Assembly: GCA_030704615.1 (NCBI GenBank)
Contig: CM060731.1
Location: 16,616,001 to 16,680,000 of the forward strand
Length of the DNA stretch: 64,000 bases
Direction: 5' to 3'
From: Takakia lepidozioides
Lineage: Eukaryota; Plantae; Bryophyta
Every line of letters begins with the position of its first letter. Within the stretch, counting starts at the first letter, position 1. A program made the position numbers and the translations under genes. Positions 37,701 to 51,900 of the stretch are shown here, piece after piece. The notes under the pieces were generated by a model that worked only from the letters and a program-made list of their open reading frames with translations, was not told where the DNA came from and ran no database searches.

Positions 37701-40700
37701 ATGCAACATCCAATTACCCACAACATCAGGTGTGAAGATTATGATGTCGATGAAACAGTACTATTTGGGGTGCAGCGACCATCCAACTGAAACAGCCACA
37801 ACCACCAGAACTCTCTGTTGATAACATGTGAGCGGCAGTAACTATTCTTGTCAAACAAATCCAAAGAAAAAGTGCAATTAAAGCATAAATACTACCAGTT
37901 GAGTCGGCCGGGTGCCTACCTCATCAATATCACTATCTGTACTAGAAATCTCTGAATCACCAACAGACTGAGTAGCCCTCCATATTCCTCCCTTGTGAAC
38001 AGGGGTTGTCCGTGGTGCTGTTCCAAGAAGATTTGGCTTCTCATGGAGAAAGTGAACCAGCTCTGAAGCATCCTTCCCATGAAGCCACATGTCCAATAAG
38101 AGTACTTTGAACTGCCGGTCAGCTTTTACAGCTTCTTGCAAAGCATATATCGCAGCTTCGACCCCATCAACACCCACAGACAACATTCCCCATACCTGCA
38201 GCACATAACAGCAAACACTAAAATGAGTGAAAATGGCAGTACATATGTTCGGGAACCATGTCACAGCTGTCTCATAAGACATCATCTGCAGTAGCTTGTG
38301 GCCATAGACCCCATGCCCAGCTTGGGCAGATCCAGAGGGTCCTTTGTGAGGGGCTCACTCCAGTAGTGAGACTTACCATGAAATAAGCAATTGGTTCGGG
38401 CTTTCTACATTTCCTTTAGAAAGCCCTTCACAAAAGCATCAATCTGCTGTGTATAAGCTACCAGCAATTAGACCCATCAGGGCCGGGGCCAGAGCCAGGG
38501 CTTTATGCTCTGCCTTGTGAAAGTTGGTGAACGGAGGTGCAAGACTCTCTGATGAGGACATTGTATCAGAAAATGGATAGTGTCTTCAGGCCGCCCGTAC
38601 ATTGGGCATTGACAATGTCCCTTTCCTCTCTGTATGGGTTTATTGTTCCAAGGTAGACTCCCCGCCCTGAGTTCAATCATTCTAGTGTCGACAGTACGTA
38701 GACCCTGCAGATTATCCTTAAGACCTCACCTAGAAGGCCACCACCGTGCATTTACTAACATTGGCTTCGTCAAAGTACCTCTCTGCACAATCAATCAACT
38801 CCTGAAGACTGAATAGGGTATCCCCTAGACCATCCACAAACATAAGAGCTGGTATGGTAGTATCACCCACCTTTAACCCATACGGTTACAACTTACAACC
38901 TTGAGCTACACCTTGGTCAATGTCAAGGAAATTAGACTTCTTGCCATTGACCATAAGTGTTCGCATACAGATTGTGAACCTCCCTCCACACCTTTCCCCA
39001 GAACACCACCAGTCTTAAGCCACAGCCCATCACACCATACACTGCCATAGGCCTTCTTTACATGATCCACTCAACCCCTATTTCTACGGAAGCCCGCCTG
39101 AACTTCATGGAAAACACTCCTAGACTCCAAATCAACCTTGAGACTGTTGGTTGTAATCCTACAAAACAGCTTGCCAACTGCACTAAGAAGCATGATGCCG
39201 TGGAGGTTCCCAGGCTCTGTCACCTTTCTCATACATATTGACAATGACACCCTCTCCCCAACAAAAGCGTATCGAGAGACAGAGAGAGAATGTACTCATA
39301 AGACGTTGTCTACTGAGAAGCCTTGTGGCCACAAGACCCTGTTTGGGAGGAACAATGGGGAACAGACACAACCTTTGTGAGGGCCTCACTCCAGTAGTGG
39401 GACTAACCTACAAGTAGTTTGGGCTTGTGGAGAGAAAGAGCAAGGGGCACATCCAGGCAAAGACTGACAGACGCAGGACAAACAGAAACATCCCAGGCAG
39501 GTGAAATGCCAAGAGACAGAAGAAGCAGCACCTTGAGCATATCAACAAGAATGCTCCGATTCACATCGTTATCATCGACGACAAGCGCAGGAATCCCCTT
39601 CAAGCTCTCCACATTGAGAGCAGAGGGCAGATCACACTCTGGCGGTATGTGAAAATTGGCAGTGAAACAGAAAGTGCTGCCTTTACCCTCACTTTCCACC
39701 CACATCCTGCCGCCCATGGCTGCCGCCAGTTTCGATGAGATCACCAGGCCTAGGCCTGTCCCTCCATATAACCTTCATTCATAACACAAGAAAACGCATG
39801 AACTCTTATGCACTTGACATGCATCTGTTCAATAGGCTCAAGTTGAGGGTGAGCTGCATAGAGTGTAGCTTCTTCCTCATCCGAGAGTCCTCCAGACCAA
39901 TCATAATGTTCCACTAGGCAAGGACGCTTCCCATGTGGTATAGTACCTCATTTTTTTGTGGTGATTGTGACCTGCTGTCGTCCACGTTTAATCGTGAGAG
40001 TCTGGCTACCCCAATCGTGGTAAGATTGGACCTGCATGAGCCAGGGTTGTCCGAGTAGCACCGACAACAAAATACCACTCGCATACAGGGGATTCAAACA
40101 TATTAAGTACAACTTGATTGTTTATATTTACATACAACAGCCAAGTGGAACCCTTGAATTCATTAAATATGGAACACTCCTTGCAATACATACCTTGTTG
40201 TCGATGAGTCCACTTGAGAGAAAGCCTGAAATAGCAAGGACTGCTTGTGCTTCGGTATCCCAATACCTGACATGCCCAATAGGGCATTAATTAGTGCTGT
40301 TTTTCATTCATTCCCATAACAGTCCATGAGGGAAGGGTAAGCGGGTCTCTGTATACATGCCAGGGGATAGGGAACCAACTAACTTTGAAGGTCTACGATG
40401 AGAAATTCACTCTATATGGCATGTCTTTCTGATGGGAGACTTTACAGTTCATGATGGTAAAGCTACAATGCCACAGAATTACAATATTTGGGCGGATGTG
40501 ACCATCTGATATACAGCTTCTGATGTACTTTTGTATTTGGTTGTTAAAGATTCAATTCCAAGATGAGCAAAATCATCTCTGTAACTTTAAGCAGCAAAGA
40601 CAACTCTCAGTGCAACCAGGTTTTGAAGGCCAGGAAGACATCCAAGTTCTCCCTGCTTATGCTGGCTACAATCCTACAAGGACAGTTCTTTCCAAACTAG

Positions 40701-43700
40701 TAGCTCACACTTATCGAGATTTAAAAATTGTTGTAATTCTGAGGAACTATCTCCCAAATTAGTTACATATTGAAGCTAGCTACCTCAGGGCACAGAGGAA
40801 GCTTTAAAAAGGAGAAGCTCAACACAGATAGTCTTGGAGCATTGATGAATAACAGAGGCAGGAACAACCTCGAGGACCTTCTCACACTGGGCACTAGGCT
40901 GCAGTTTGAAGAATCTTTGTACACTAGCTAAAGGCAGCTAGGACAGAGAGACACAACACCATGTAATGAACTTTCGGGCTTGTGTCACATGTAAGAACAG
41001 CTGACCGCTGTATCTGTCTCAACCCGAGATCTGGTCAAAAGCATCCAAACACTGTCTGACCTGCTCTTTCACTAAAAGTGAAAAGGTCAAGATAATGCCT
41101 AGCTGCGAGCCTCCTCACGGTTGTGGGTGAAATACTCATCAAATTGTTGCTATGTTACAGAGCCTTCAGGAGAAGATCTGGAAGACCAGAATCAACTCTT
41201 TTCTAAGGTAGAGCACTGCTGGAATGAGCCCTCCCAGAAACTCTGCTCCTCTCATCCACCTACCTTTCCACTTCTCCCCCTGCCCTATCCAATTATACCA
41301 AAACCACACACAGTATCCAACACCAGAAGCTTCCAGAAAGTGAAGGCAAACGAGAACATCACCCACATACCTCCATTTGCACACAGAATGTTGCAAGCAG
41401 GACAAGAAGGGAACAAACGTGAACTCACCAGTGTCCCTCACACAGAAGAGGAGCTCAATATTGTCCTCGGCCCTGCTCTGAACGGTCGCAGAGACAATCA
41501 CCTCTCCTTCAGCAGTGAACTTTATACTATTACCTGCCAAATGTATCAGATGAATTAGCCCCTCAAACACTTGTGACGTTCAAAGTCTAAGCTTCGGTAT
41601 GGTTCACACCAGGTCACTAAAACCAGGTCAGTTTGAGGGACGTGCTGCCCCACTCAGCTGGTAGTAGGATAACCAAAGGTTCTGATTCTTAATACCATAT
41701 GTACTATAGTTAACACATCTTGTCAGTGAACTCCCAAATCACAGTGAAACCTAATGATTATCTCAATTGTCTGTCTTTCACATTTTTTCTGAGTGCAGAC
41801 ATATACCACAACTAGCACAAAGAATAGAATTGGGTGCCTCTCAGGTTCAGATGAACTTAGGGTAGTATCCTCTCGTCCCTACATTGGAAGAATTACACCA
41901 ACAACCTAAAACTCGATGTGATTGCCAATGTGCTTCCGACACCTCATCAACTGAGAGAGAAACCAAAATAATCCAGGAGGTATAACTTGAAGTAGAAAGG
42001 AATCTGCACTGTTAGAGTCTGACGCATTAGTTCCAAACTTACCTATGAGGTTAACAAACACTTGAAATAGTCGGCCAGGATCACCAATAATCTGATCAGG
42101 TACAGCATGGTCCACCTGGCATGCTAGTTCCAGGCCCTTTTTATTGGCACGTGCAGCCAACACTGAGACCGCATGTTCCAGCTGATCATACAGAGAAAAT
42201 TGAATATCCTCCATCTCGAGCTTCCCAGCTTCTATTTTACTGAAATCTAATATGTCAGTTATGATCCTTAGCAAGTGTTTGGCTGAAAATCGTACCTGTT
42301 CCACAATCCCCCACAGGTCAGCTACATATAAATGAAGAGAGCACAGTGAACTGTTTCGCAGTAAAGTAAGGTTCAAGCAAATCATCATACCCAGCTCTCC
42401 ACATGTCAAGCTAGCCACAACAAAGCTAACCAAACCAAAATAAAATCACAGCTAAAGCCCTGCCTTGGCCATGATGAAGGAAATCAGGCAATTATACCGT
42501 CATGCAGAAGTTTTGCTGCTGGGTTTCCACATGCCTTCATCAGCACTACAGAAGAGAAATCCACATACCCTGACATCTACTTTCACATGCTGTGCGTCAG
42601 TCTAGAAATAGAACATACCAGTTCAAGATACTCTTGCTGCTCAGGAGACGTTTCAGTATCTAGACAAAGCTCTGTACAATTTATGATTCCATTCAGGGGT
42701 GTGCGAATCTCATGGGACATATTTGCTAGGAATTGCGACTTCATCTTATCAGCTTGCAAAGCTGCATCCTTGGCTTTCTTAACCTCCTCCTCTACTCGCT
42801 TCCGCTCTTCAACTTCAACTGTGAGAGCTTCATTTACACAGGCTAACTCATGTGTCCTTGCACTGACTTGAGCACACTGCACCATGTCCACCAATCCCTG
42901 GATAAATACTCCCTTCTATATAACTCCAAGTCTCTCCTTCACAAGGAGCAACTACATCGCCAAAGATCCTCTATCAAACCAGCTCCTTGGCAGCAAGCCA
43001 TAGCCTTGCACTGTAGCAGTAGTGCTTCCAGTTTGCTGGGGTGTAAAGGGGAAGAAAACATGCATCATCGAACCCTCATCTATATATTACAGAAAGAAAA
43101 CATAGGCCCTTGCCTTTTGCTCAAGCGCCAGGTGGCTGCTGGCAATCTCCTCTGCCATCCAGTTAAAAGTAAGCCTTAGATCATCAATTTCATCCCGAAG
43201 AATCACCGTCCCTATCATAATCCTTGCACTCATGTCGCCCCCACCAATAGCTGTCGCCACTGTCCCCAATTCAATGATAGGAGAAGTGAAGAGCTGAAGA
43301 CAACACCAATAAACCGGTATGTGATGACAAAATCAGTTGACCAACCACGTGCCTTGGAACTCAGCATCACAATGAAAGAAAACACGAAAAAAAAATTCTG
43401 TTTTCTAATAGAGAGAAAGAGAGCAAACCCCGCAATCTTCCCTGTGAACTGGTATCTTGAAAACACCTTCAACCACCCTAAGAAACTAACTGGAGTGTAA
43501 ACCCACCAGAATCTAGACTTGAGTCCAAAACTTATATCCCCCTACTGTACTTTGAGAGTCGACTTGGTAAAACAATATAACAAGCCCTGCTGCACGGTGC
43601 TGACATCCACACACCTCATCCATACCCCAGGCCAAAACTCATCTGCTAATCTAAGAGGCAAACAGCGGCCAGATTTAGTTCCACTATATTTGGATGCACC

Positions 43701-46700
43701 GGAAAAGCCAACTTGAAGGTTTGATGTTCAGTCAGATTGCACATCTTAAGGAAGGTTAGGTTGGCCTCAACATTGACTCAGTCCCTCTTCAATCCCAACG
43801 CAGTTTGAGTGCTCTTAGCGCCTTGAATTGGCATGCAAGGCTTCTTTACAGTTCAGTATTTGCACCATAGTGTCCCCTCTTTTCTTCCTGTCCAATAAGA
43901 GAGGGAAACAAACAGATAAAGGAGGCATGGGGGTCCAGGAGATTGGAAAAAGGAGTACCTTTGCAAGTACAAGAGAAGCGAAAACTCCCACCAAGAGAAT
44001 GACGATCATTGCAATTATAATCACAATGCGAACTTTTGCCACTGGTCTAAATGCTTCACGTTCACTCATCTTGGCCAGCAAGCCTACATTCAACAGAAAA
44101 CATCAGCCTCTACTGAAAGATCATCAATGCCCAGTGTACTTAGGATCTGTACAGACCTAGGGCATATGGGCTCCCAGGGTTTGATCAATCATCTGCAATG
44201 GGGGCCTTGGGTATGCTGTCCACATCAGCTGTAAATTTACACTTCCAAACCCTGAAGATCAACACAATTATTTCCCAGGCGATTCAACTGCCTACTAGCA
44301 ACCAGACAACCCAAGATGGTACCTGAGTTGGTTGCTAATATTGCCTCCTATCATTCACAGATCATTTGGAGGTGCAAGAATATCGACCCTTGGATCTACC
44401 AAGGAAAATCCCCATGGATAGAAGAAATAATGCGATTGGCTCTAGCTAAAACTGATTCAAATACAGATCGTGATTGGGGGCCAACCTACTTCTGACAATT
44501 AGCAAAGCTCTCATGCAGTCACGGCACATACCCCAGTTCATGTAGTCCAAAGGAGTATAGGCAACAATGACCGTCTGCCCACGATAATCCTGCTCCACAC
44601 GCGTGCCATTGTCCCGATTTAGACAGGCTAGAGCTATCGCACCTCTCAATGGAATATGGGTGACATTTGGAGATAGGGCCGGAGGTAGTATTAGATGGAC
44701 TTCAGAATTCTCCGGGGCTCCTACAATCAGCTCCCCTGTATTTTCAAGCCCAGTCCGATCCCAGATCAAGCGCCGTAGCCTACTTGCATCCACCCAGGCC
44801 AGTAACACTCCAACTATGTCTTGGTTCTCCTGTGGAGCAACAAAACTCAACTGCAATAAGGAAACTGATAAAATATCTTCTGTCACTACAAAACAAGGTG
44901 ATGCTAACTAAGAGGCATCTAAAATACTACATTACAGTTGTATTTTACTGAGGCACACATGATGATGTAGATACAACACGAACAGAACTGCAACCCGACT
45001 CTACCATATAATATTAATTTTCAATGCATTATTCCTGCAGGTGGTACCTTTACATTACCCCTTGCATTGCCACCTGGTATTACCTTGGGAAGCTAGTACA
45101 AAAGTTTAACATACGCACAGCTATGTGCTTACATAGAGCGGTAAGGCCACCACAACGTTATTCTCAGGCTGTCCTACCTTTCCAGAAATCACACACCTAG
45201 ACATTTTTAGCCATGGTTGAAACCAGAAAGACATTACAGATGCATGCACACCTGAGTTTGTCTATAATTGGTCCAAAGAGGAGCTGTCTTTGAGTTACCA
45301 ACCTTTAAATGAGGGTAAGCATAATTGCCCCTGGCAAGTTGGAACTGCGACCCAGGTGATGCCTAGCAACATAGATGACACGAGACGCCTTCTGTTAAAT
45401 GGTTACAGACTGCCTAGGGATTAGTGCTAATACAAGAGAAGGTCAGCACCTACATGTACTAAAGAGGTTAGTCACCAATATCTACATGATTGGCATGGTC
45501 TCCTGAGCTCTCTTACAGTTCGTGCATTGATATTGGCAGCCTTCATATACACGCAGCATTTCAATAGAGGAGTATTTTCAATTGCGGCATTAATAAGATG
45601 AAGCCTAGAACAACTGAAGGAGGTTGCAGACTTGCATACAGAAATGCCACTTTTAAGACCAATCCACTATCCAGGTCTCAACCACTACAGTATCCAAATG
45701 CCCAGAACCTCCAAAAGTCAGCAGGCTGTCTCCATATAAACATGTACGGTCAAAGATATGGTACTTCAAATCTCCCACATGATGATATAGATCTCATGCA
45801 CATCTGCTCTAGATTGAAAAAAGGATGGTGCACTGAAATCTGACTTGCTGGTCTTTTAAGATAACTAACACCAGCTTCTCAGCCATTAGAATGGAGCTCT
45901 CACCGGCACCCCTAGTCCCCGCTCTTATGTAAGAGAGCTTGAATTCATTTGGTGTTGTGTGAGAAGGACAGGAGGATCACAGGAAAAGGAGATAAATAAT
46001 ATCCCCTGCAGAAAATTATACGGCATGAGAGGGTGAGAAAGGGGAATGACAGATCCAAATACCGTGTCACGACCTCACGTACTACCTAGTCTAATCTCTT
46101 CCAGCATCTTTCTGTTACGTTACTGAATGGATCACTAATGTACAGTCTACTATAGCAACTTGCAAACTTAACGGAGGGTTCCAACAAATGGACTTGTAGG
46201 TTAAAGACTCCACTGGGATCACTAGGTTCTCAAAGACTTCAAAGGAGTCCACTAAGTCTCCTACTGAGCGATGTTGAGGTATACTAAGCCCATTAGGTTA
46301 CACTGGACTACCACTAAAATGCCTGCTGCTGCTTGCCCTTCTCAACTACTGCGCGATGACAGATACCACTACTATGATCACTTGTTTGACATCGACTCCA
46401 GTAGGACCACTAGGTTATAATGGAAGCCACCCAGATAACTTATCATCAAGGCTCAACCCAAATGTTGGTCTCAAAATGAGCTGAAAACTTGCTGACCAAT
46501 GTGGATGATCCAAAACGAATTTGTTTGGCCAAACAAAACTGCAAGGCGAGCAGTGACAGAAGTAACTGACTGGGAGGTCTTGAGAGACCACCTTGATAGG
46601 CACAGGGAGGCCCGTAGCAGACTCCTGCCATAAATGAATACAACACGGTCCCACTATCAGAAATTGACATGGCGAAAGATGAGAACTGTGAAGGTTGGGG

Positions 46701-48933
46701 ACTAAATGATTCTGTCCTATACCACGATAAGTGATTTCATAAAAGCAACCTGTTGAGCAATGCCTCTCCTATCAAGGGTACAGTATAACTAAAATTAGAA
46801 TTGTAGCATATTCCACAACATGGTGGTCAGCAAATCTCCCCGCCGATTAAAAGAGTTCTAGTAGACCAGTAATCTACCTTCCAGCAATCTTTTCCACATC
46901 AATGCAGGTTCATTCATTATAATACTGTCAAAAGAAGGCATTTCCTACAATTGCACCTGTATTGACACCCAGACGAAGTCAGTAGCATCAATAGCCGACA
47001 CTAAACGTCCAGACTGGTTTGGCTCATGCCAGTTGCTGACCTAGCAGTTCACAATGACAGCCTAAAAAAATTTGGAGTTGCTAATGCTTTGCTTAAGGTA
47101 ATCATCTCTGTAACTACCAAGTAACAACTCCACGCAGGCAAAGGTGACCCAAACAGTAGTTGCGTGAAACTACCACAACATAGAGAATGCAGTCTGAACA
47201 TTGTGTTGTCAATCACAGAATCTCCGGCCATCAACTTCACCCATGTCTGGAAGTGACAAGCTGCCACCACTCCCGACCAACTTCATCAGATCCAGAGTGT
47301 GGGTGTAGATTACATCTAATACTATGCTCAAACTCATCAGCATACTGTTATAAAAATCTTTGTACAGTTTTCTGCCACCTGTCCAGAAGGAACAGGAAAA
47401 CGGTTACCACTTGGCAGGCTGATGAAACAGTTGGCATCTTCACTTGACCATAACACTTACGAATTAGGACACGAAATACCGCTTCTCTCACATGTTCAGG
47501 ACAGAACCACCATAAAGGCATGCACAACACTGCATTGGTTATCTAATATCCTCTACTGTTTGTTTGCCGGCGCAGTCTCAAGAAAATCCACCAAGAAGAA
47601 AATTTGAACAGGAATACGGTGATATGGCAGGCTGGGAGATGTGGGGGTGGGGAGGGAGGTGTCCACAAATCTTAACACAATCTATGCCAAACCACTTGAT
47701 GCAATGAGAGATCCCAAGGACTAAGTCTAATGCCCCTTTCCCCGGCCCCTTTTTTATCAAGAATGGGAGAGGCATGGGCAATGATGAGGAGAGGCTTGAT
47801 ATCTACACAATGACTAAAATGAAAGGGTCATCTTGTGAACGTCGAACAAAATTTGACGTGGCGGAAAAAGGAGGGATGAGTAGCAAAGAAAAGAAACTTA
47901 CGGATGTGATATTCCTGGAGAGCAAGTACATCCAACCGGTTGAGGTGTAGACGGGAAAATTAAAGTGCACGCCAGCATACACGTTATCAAGCTGTTCAGT
48001 AGAAAGTGTCGAATTAAAGAACGAAGAATTCGTTAAAAACTGCAACGTCCCATTCTTGTCATATACAGCTGCACTCGAGAACTCTGAAACGGCTGTTACA
48101 GCTGACACTAGGTCACTCAGTGCAACTGAAGTGGATACGTTTGCCCGACTGGACAAATAGTTAACGATCTGGATCCTAGTGGCAATCAGTTGCATTTTGT
48201 CCATTTCTCCACCCAGATAGTCATTTAGCTCCTCTCTCCGCAAAACAGCAACTGTTGTTAGCCGCCTCTCTATTTCGTGCACAAGCTGGGCGCGGGAGTT
48301 GAACCACATAACCAAAGCTAGAATACCTGCTGATACTACCACCTGCATTGGAACCCATATGCATGGAAGTATGAAAAGCCATTCGTTCTGGAGATAATAA
48401 AAAGCTTTGGGTTTCTGAGCTCAAAAGACCTTCAACAAAAGACATTCAAAGTACAGATCCCACAATTTGGAAACCTTTCCAAACTCCCACCCCATCCCTC
48501 ATTGTTGTCCTAGTCCTCCTTATCTCTGGTCAACTAGCAACAAACCACCTCTACCTGTCCCATATGATCAACTGAGAATGTTGGGACAACTTTCTAGAGT
48601 ATCAAAACAATGAACATAGGTGCAAGCCAAACTGTCCAGAAAATGTACAAACCAATGGAAAACAAAGACACTGAAGGATAAACAGCCCACCAGAGTGCCA
48701 ATGAAGAGAGTGAGCTTCAACCAGATTGATGCTTTCAAACTCCTGTTGCGATGTGTTGGAGCACCTGGCTGTAACTGCAATCTTTGGACAGAAATGCTCT
48801 CATGTTCAGCAGGTCTTGAAGATGAACCTCCCTCTAATTCAGATCCATCTTGCTGAAGAGCGGCTGATGGGGATACATGATTGCAGTGTGCCCTGCGACT
48901 TGCTCTCAATCCAGAACACTCCACCATCCTCAT
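34738..48933 (-). CDS. Membrane hybrid histidine kinase: TM, extracytoplasmic (Cache-like) sensor, TM, HAMP, HisKA, HATPase_c, REC, REC
   Basis: Exons 48933-48691, 48342-47902, 44850-44532, 44083-43959, 43293-~43114, ~42876-42619, 42295-42043, 41533-41429, 40266-40194, 39772-39532, 38195-37920, 37685-37351, 35992-35881, 35504-35310, 35016-34738. H-box [18 protein letters not shown]-box [15 protein letters not shown]1 [18 protein letters not shown]2 GGTGLGL. REC1 VVDDN..LLDMW..MLTS..SKP. REC2 [44 protein letters not shown]...[17 protein letters not shown]. The start codon is tentative. Confidence 0.93.
36430..36812 (+). mobile_element. Intronic LINE 3' remnant (zf-RVT-like CCHC motif)
   Basis: Reads [25 protein letters not shown] and is homologous to 38340-38680 on the - strand. 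Confidence 0.7.
38340..38700 (-). mobile_element. Intronic LINE 3' remnant, same family, opposite orientation
   Basis: Reads [10 protein letters not shown]...[20 protein letters not shown] and shares GAGTGAGCCCCTCACAAAGG with 36791-36810. A third short copy lies at 39372-39404. Confidence 0.7.
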
Positions 48934-51900
48934 GACTTCCCTGTTGTAGAAGGCGCCGTGATGGCACAACCACCCTTGCTAACTACCTGTGACTAAACAA
49001 CCCTTAACATATCCTTTACTGAGTGAACAGTGATGGCTGATGCGACAAGCTTCTGCAGGAAAGCCCCCATGCCTACAGACATTGCCCTCCTTGCTCTCCC
49101 AAGGGTTTGTTAAAAAGGTGAAGCAAACCACTGTTGGCGCCCTCCAACCTGCAAGGCTTCATACACGAACGAACTCATTCACTAATATTCACTTGCTAAT
49201 CCAGCTCCCCTCCCCTAAATTCAAACTATTAGCCTACTGAGGCTGTCAGCTTCAGATTTTCCCCTACCCTTGCGTAAGTCAAAATCTGGAAGTCTGGATT
49301 CAATCCAAATAAAAAATCCAGTCAGAACAAAAGGCCTTAGTCCAATAACTGCACTAGAACCGACCCTGCCGCTTCCGTTTTCGCAACCTCGGCTGTCATC
49401 CCCACCATGCAATTGCCATCTACTTGCTTTGCTTATTCCAAAGCTCAATTAGTCAAGTCCAATTGCTGACCAACTCATGGTACCTAGAGGTTTATGTCAC
49501 TTGGTATGAGAAATCCCCTTCCTCTTCCTGCTAATTGCTTCGGTTCACACACACTGGCATCTCTTGACAGAGTTTCATCTCGTGCGTATCAAAAGTGGTA
49601 CTGAGCCAACAAATAAACCTCAGAATTCAGTCGTTATACCCTGCAGGAGACTAAGGTGAGGCCATTTTTCCAGTAGGGCTACAATATCGAGATGGCCACC
49701 GCTACATAAAGACAGGTCTTGAAGACCAGTTCATATGCGCTCCCTCCGCTTGCAACGGCCGAAAGTCAAACATCAGCAACACACACACTTGACCTGTTAT
49801 CCTCCTGCTCAACTCCGAACCAAAAATGGCTCTGCCTCTTGAAGCCCTCCATGCAGCAGGAATCTTCATCCATAAAATCTTAAAACACCTAGAAGAGAAC
49901 TTAGACAACCGCATGAAGTCCTCCAATCCTCTGACAAGTCGTCGAAATAGTCCACAACAGCTGTGCACCGCCCAATCTCACATGCTTGCATAGTGACGAT
50001 CCATAATAATCACAAGCGATAGTTCATAAATCCAAGCAACCACATCATGTCCCTGTCTTCCTCTTGCTAGTTCGAGGTACAGATATTCTGTACAGCACGA
50101 GTCAGAAATGTGCGAGAGAAGCAGGCTGTCACACGCATTTCAGATGCCGACCTGCATTCCATAGCGCACCGCTCTCATCATCACTCCACTTTAACGCACA
50201 ACGCACTATCTAGGTTTTCCGGCAAGTGACCGCCGATTACTCAGGTTTTCATCCATCCTCCGTCAACCATTCTGTGTGTCATGGATGATCGCCGATCAAC
50301 CTTACCATGGGTTATTATTATTTTTCATTAAATTTGCGGAAAATGTTGTCAATTTGTGTAGCAAGTTGTGCATATGAGTGTAGCACCGTAAACCTCGCCA
50401 ACCCTAGTATCTACTTTTAACTATCATATTTTTTATTTTTTTATTGTTATTAATGTTTAGAATAGACCATCTACTTCGTTTCTATATTACCTAGCCTCTT
50501 CTCCTTGCGGGTAATTCCCCATTTTTCTCTATAAAGAACCCTCAGAAAAAAAAAACAAAAAAACAAAACTCATATTTTATTGCAAGAGAGGATAAAAATA
50601 AAACCCAGGTGCAATGTGCACATCAGAAGTGATGCCGGACGAGCCGAAGAGGATGGCAATGGCCAATACATCAAAGTCATGATGGGATTTTTTTTTCCTT
50701 TTTTTTCTTTTTTTTTCTTTTATTTCCAAAAGGTCCGAGAGAGACCTTGAATTTTATTCATGAGGGTAACCTCACATGACATGCCATGGAAGCTGATGAA
50801 AGGGACGCCGCCCCGTAACCAGATACCACAGGGAAGATTTTCTTGAACTAACCACGGTTCAAATTGTCAACACCCAATTTTTACTTTGGACTACAAATTT
50901 GCAACCTTTACACACATTTTGGCCATATACAACAATAAATAATGGTTGTATTATATTTTTAAATGTAAATGCCACAATTTCTTACCTTGATAAATTTACA
51001 ATAGCTAATAAATAAAAGGGCTAATATGTGATATTCTCTTTCTTTTCTTTCTTATAAAGGGTATTCTATAAATTTTCAACAAATCTTGAGAGGCGGGAGC
51101 AAGGGCCCATACTACCTACTAGAATTATATAAAATACGTCATTGTTATCTCAAATTTCTGATATCACTGACCAATTATGACATACCTGAATACGAGGGAA
51201 AACAATAGGAATAAAGTAAGAACTTAATCCATGCGTACGATACGGTACTTTTACCGGAAACCGTATGCTCATCCGGCGGGACCCATGTCAGATCCTCCCC
51301 ATTCACTCTCACCCCGGCTTCACCCCGATTGGAGTTACACTGCCCTCCATGTAACCCAGTGTAACCCGGAGTGGAGTTTACACTGTAACCTGAGCGGGAG
51401 TTACATTCCCTTCAGTTTCATGTCGCTCAGACTGGGTGGGGAAGATTTGACATGCTGGAAACCAGCGTACCGTCGTACCGTCCTGTCGGAGAGTGCCCGT
51501 GGGCATCAGTGCTTACATCATTCCTAGTGATCTTATAACCTCCACAGTGATTTCATTCCAAATTGACATCAGTAAAAACAAACATTATTGGTCGCATAAC
51601 TTACGTCTGCCAACAATTGGAGTTGGGGCTTCCATAGAAATTCACAACTAATTATCGGTAAGGGTGGCGATCCTTTACTCTCTCTTTTATTTTTTCTTTT
51701 TATTCTTCATTTCAATCCGAAAAAGAATTTACTCTGAGATGTACAAGTTATGTTTTTGGGTGCCGGGGTGCCCAGAGCGGCACGTGGCCTCAAGGTATTG
51801 TAGCGAAACCCGCTGGCAGATCTGAGGCAGCGAACGGTGGCAGCCGCGCACTAGCTGCCTGTGGGAAACGGGGCCCGCCCGGCTCGGGCAATAAAGGCCA

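Noticed and set aside
45000-47780. Extra exons or a nested gene in the 3-kb kinase intron
   Set aside because: The flanking exons join in phase, and the short ORFs show no recognisable motifs.
51206-51526. MITE with TAGGAAT..GTAAG.ACT termini
   Set aside because: The inverted ends are imperfect and there is no TSD. It is plausible but not supportable.
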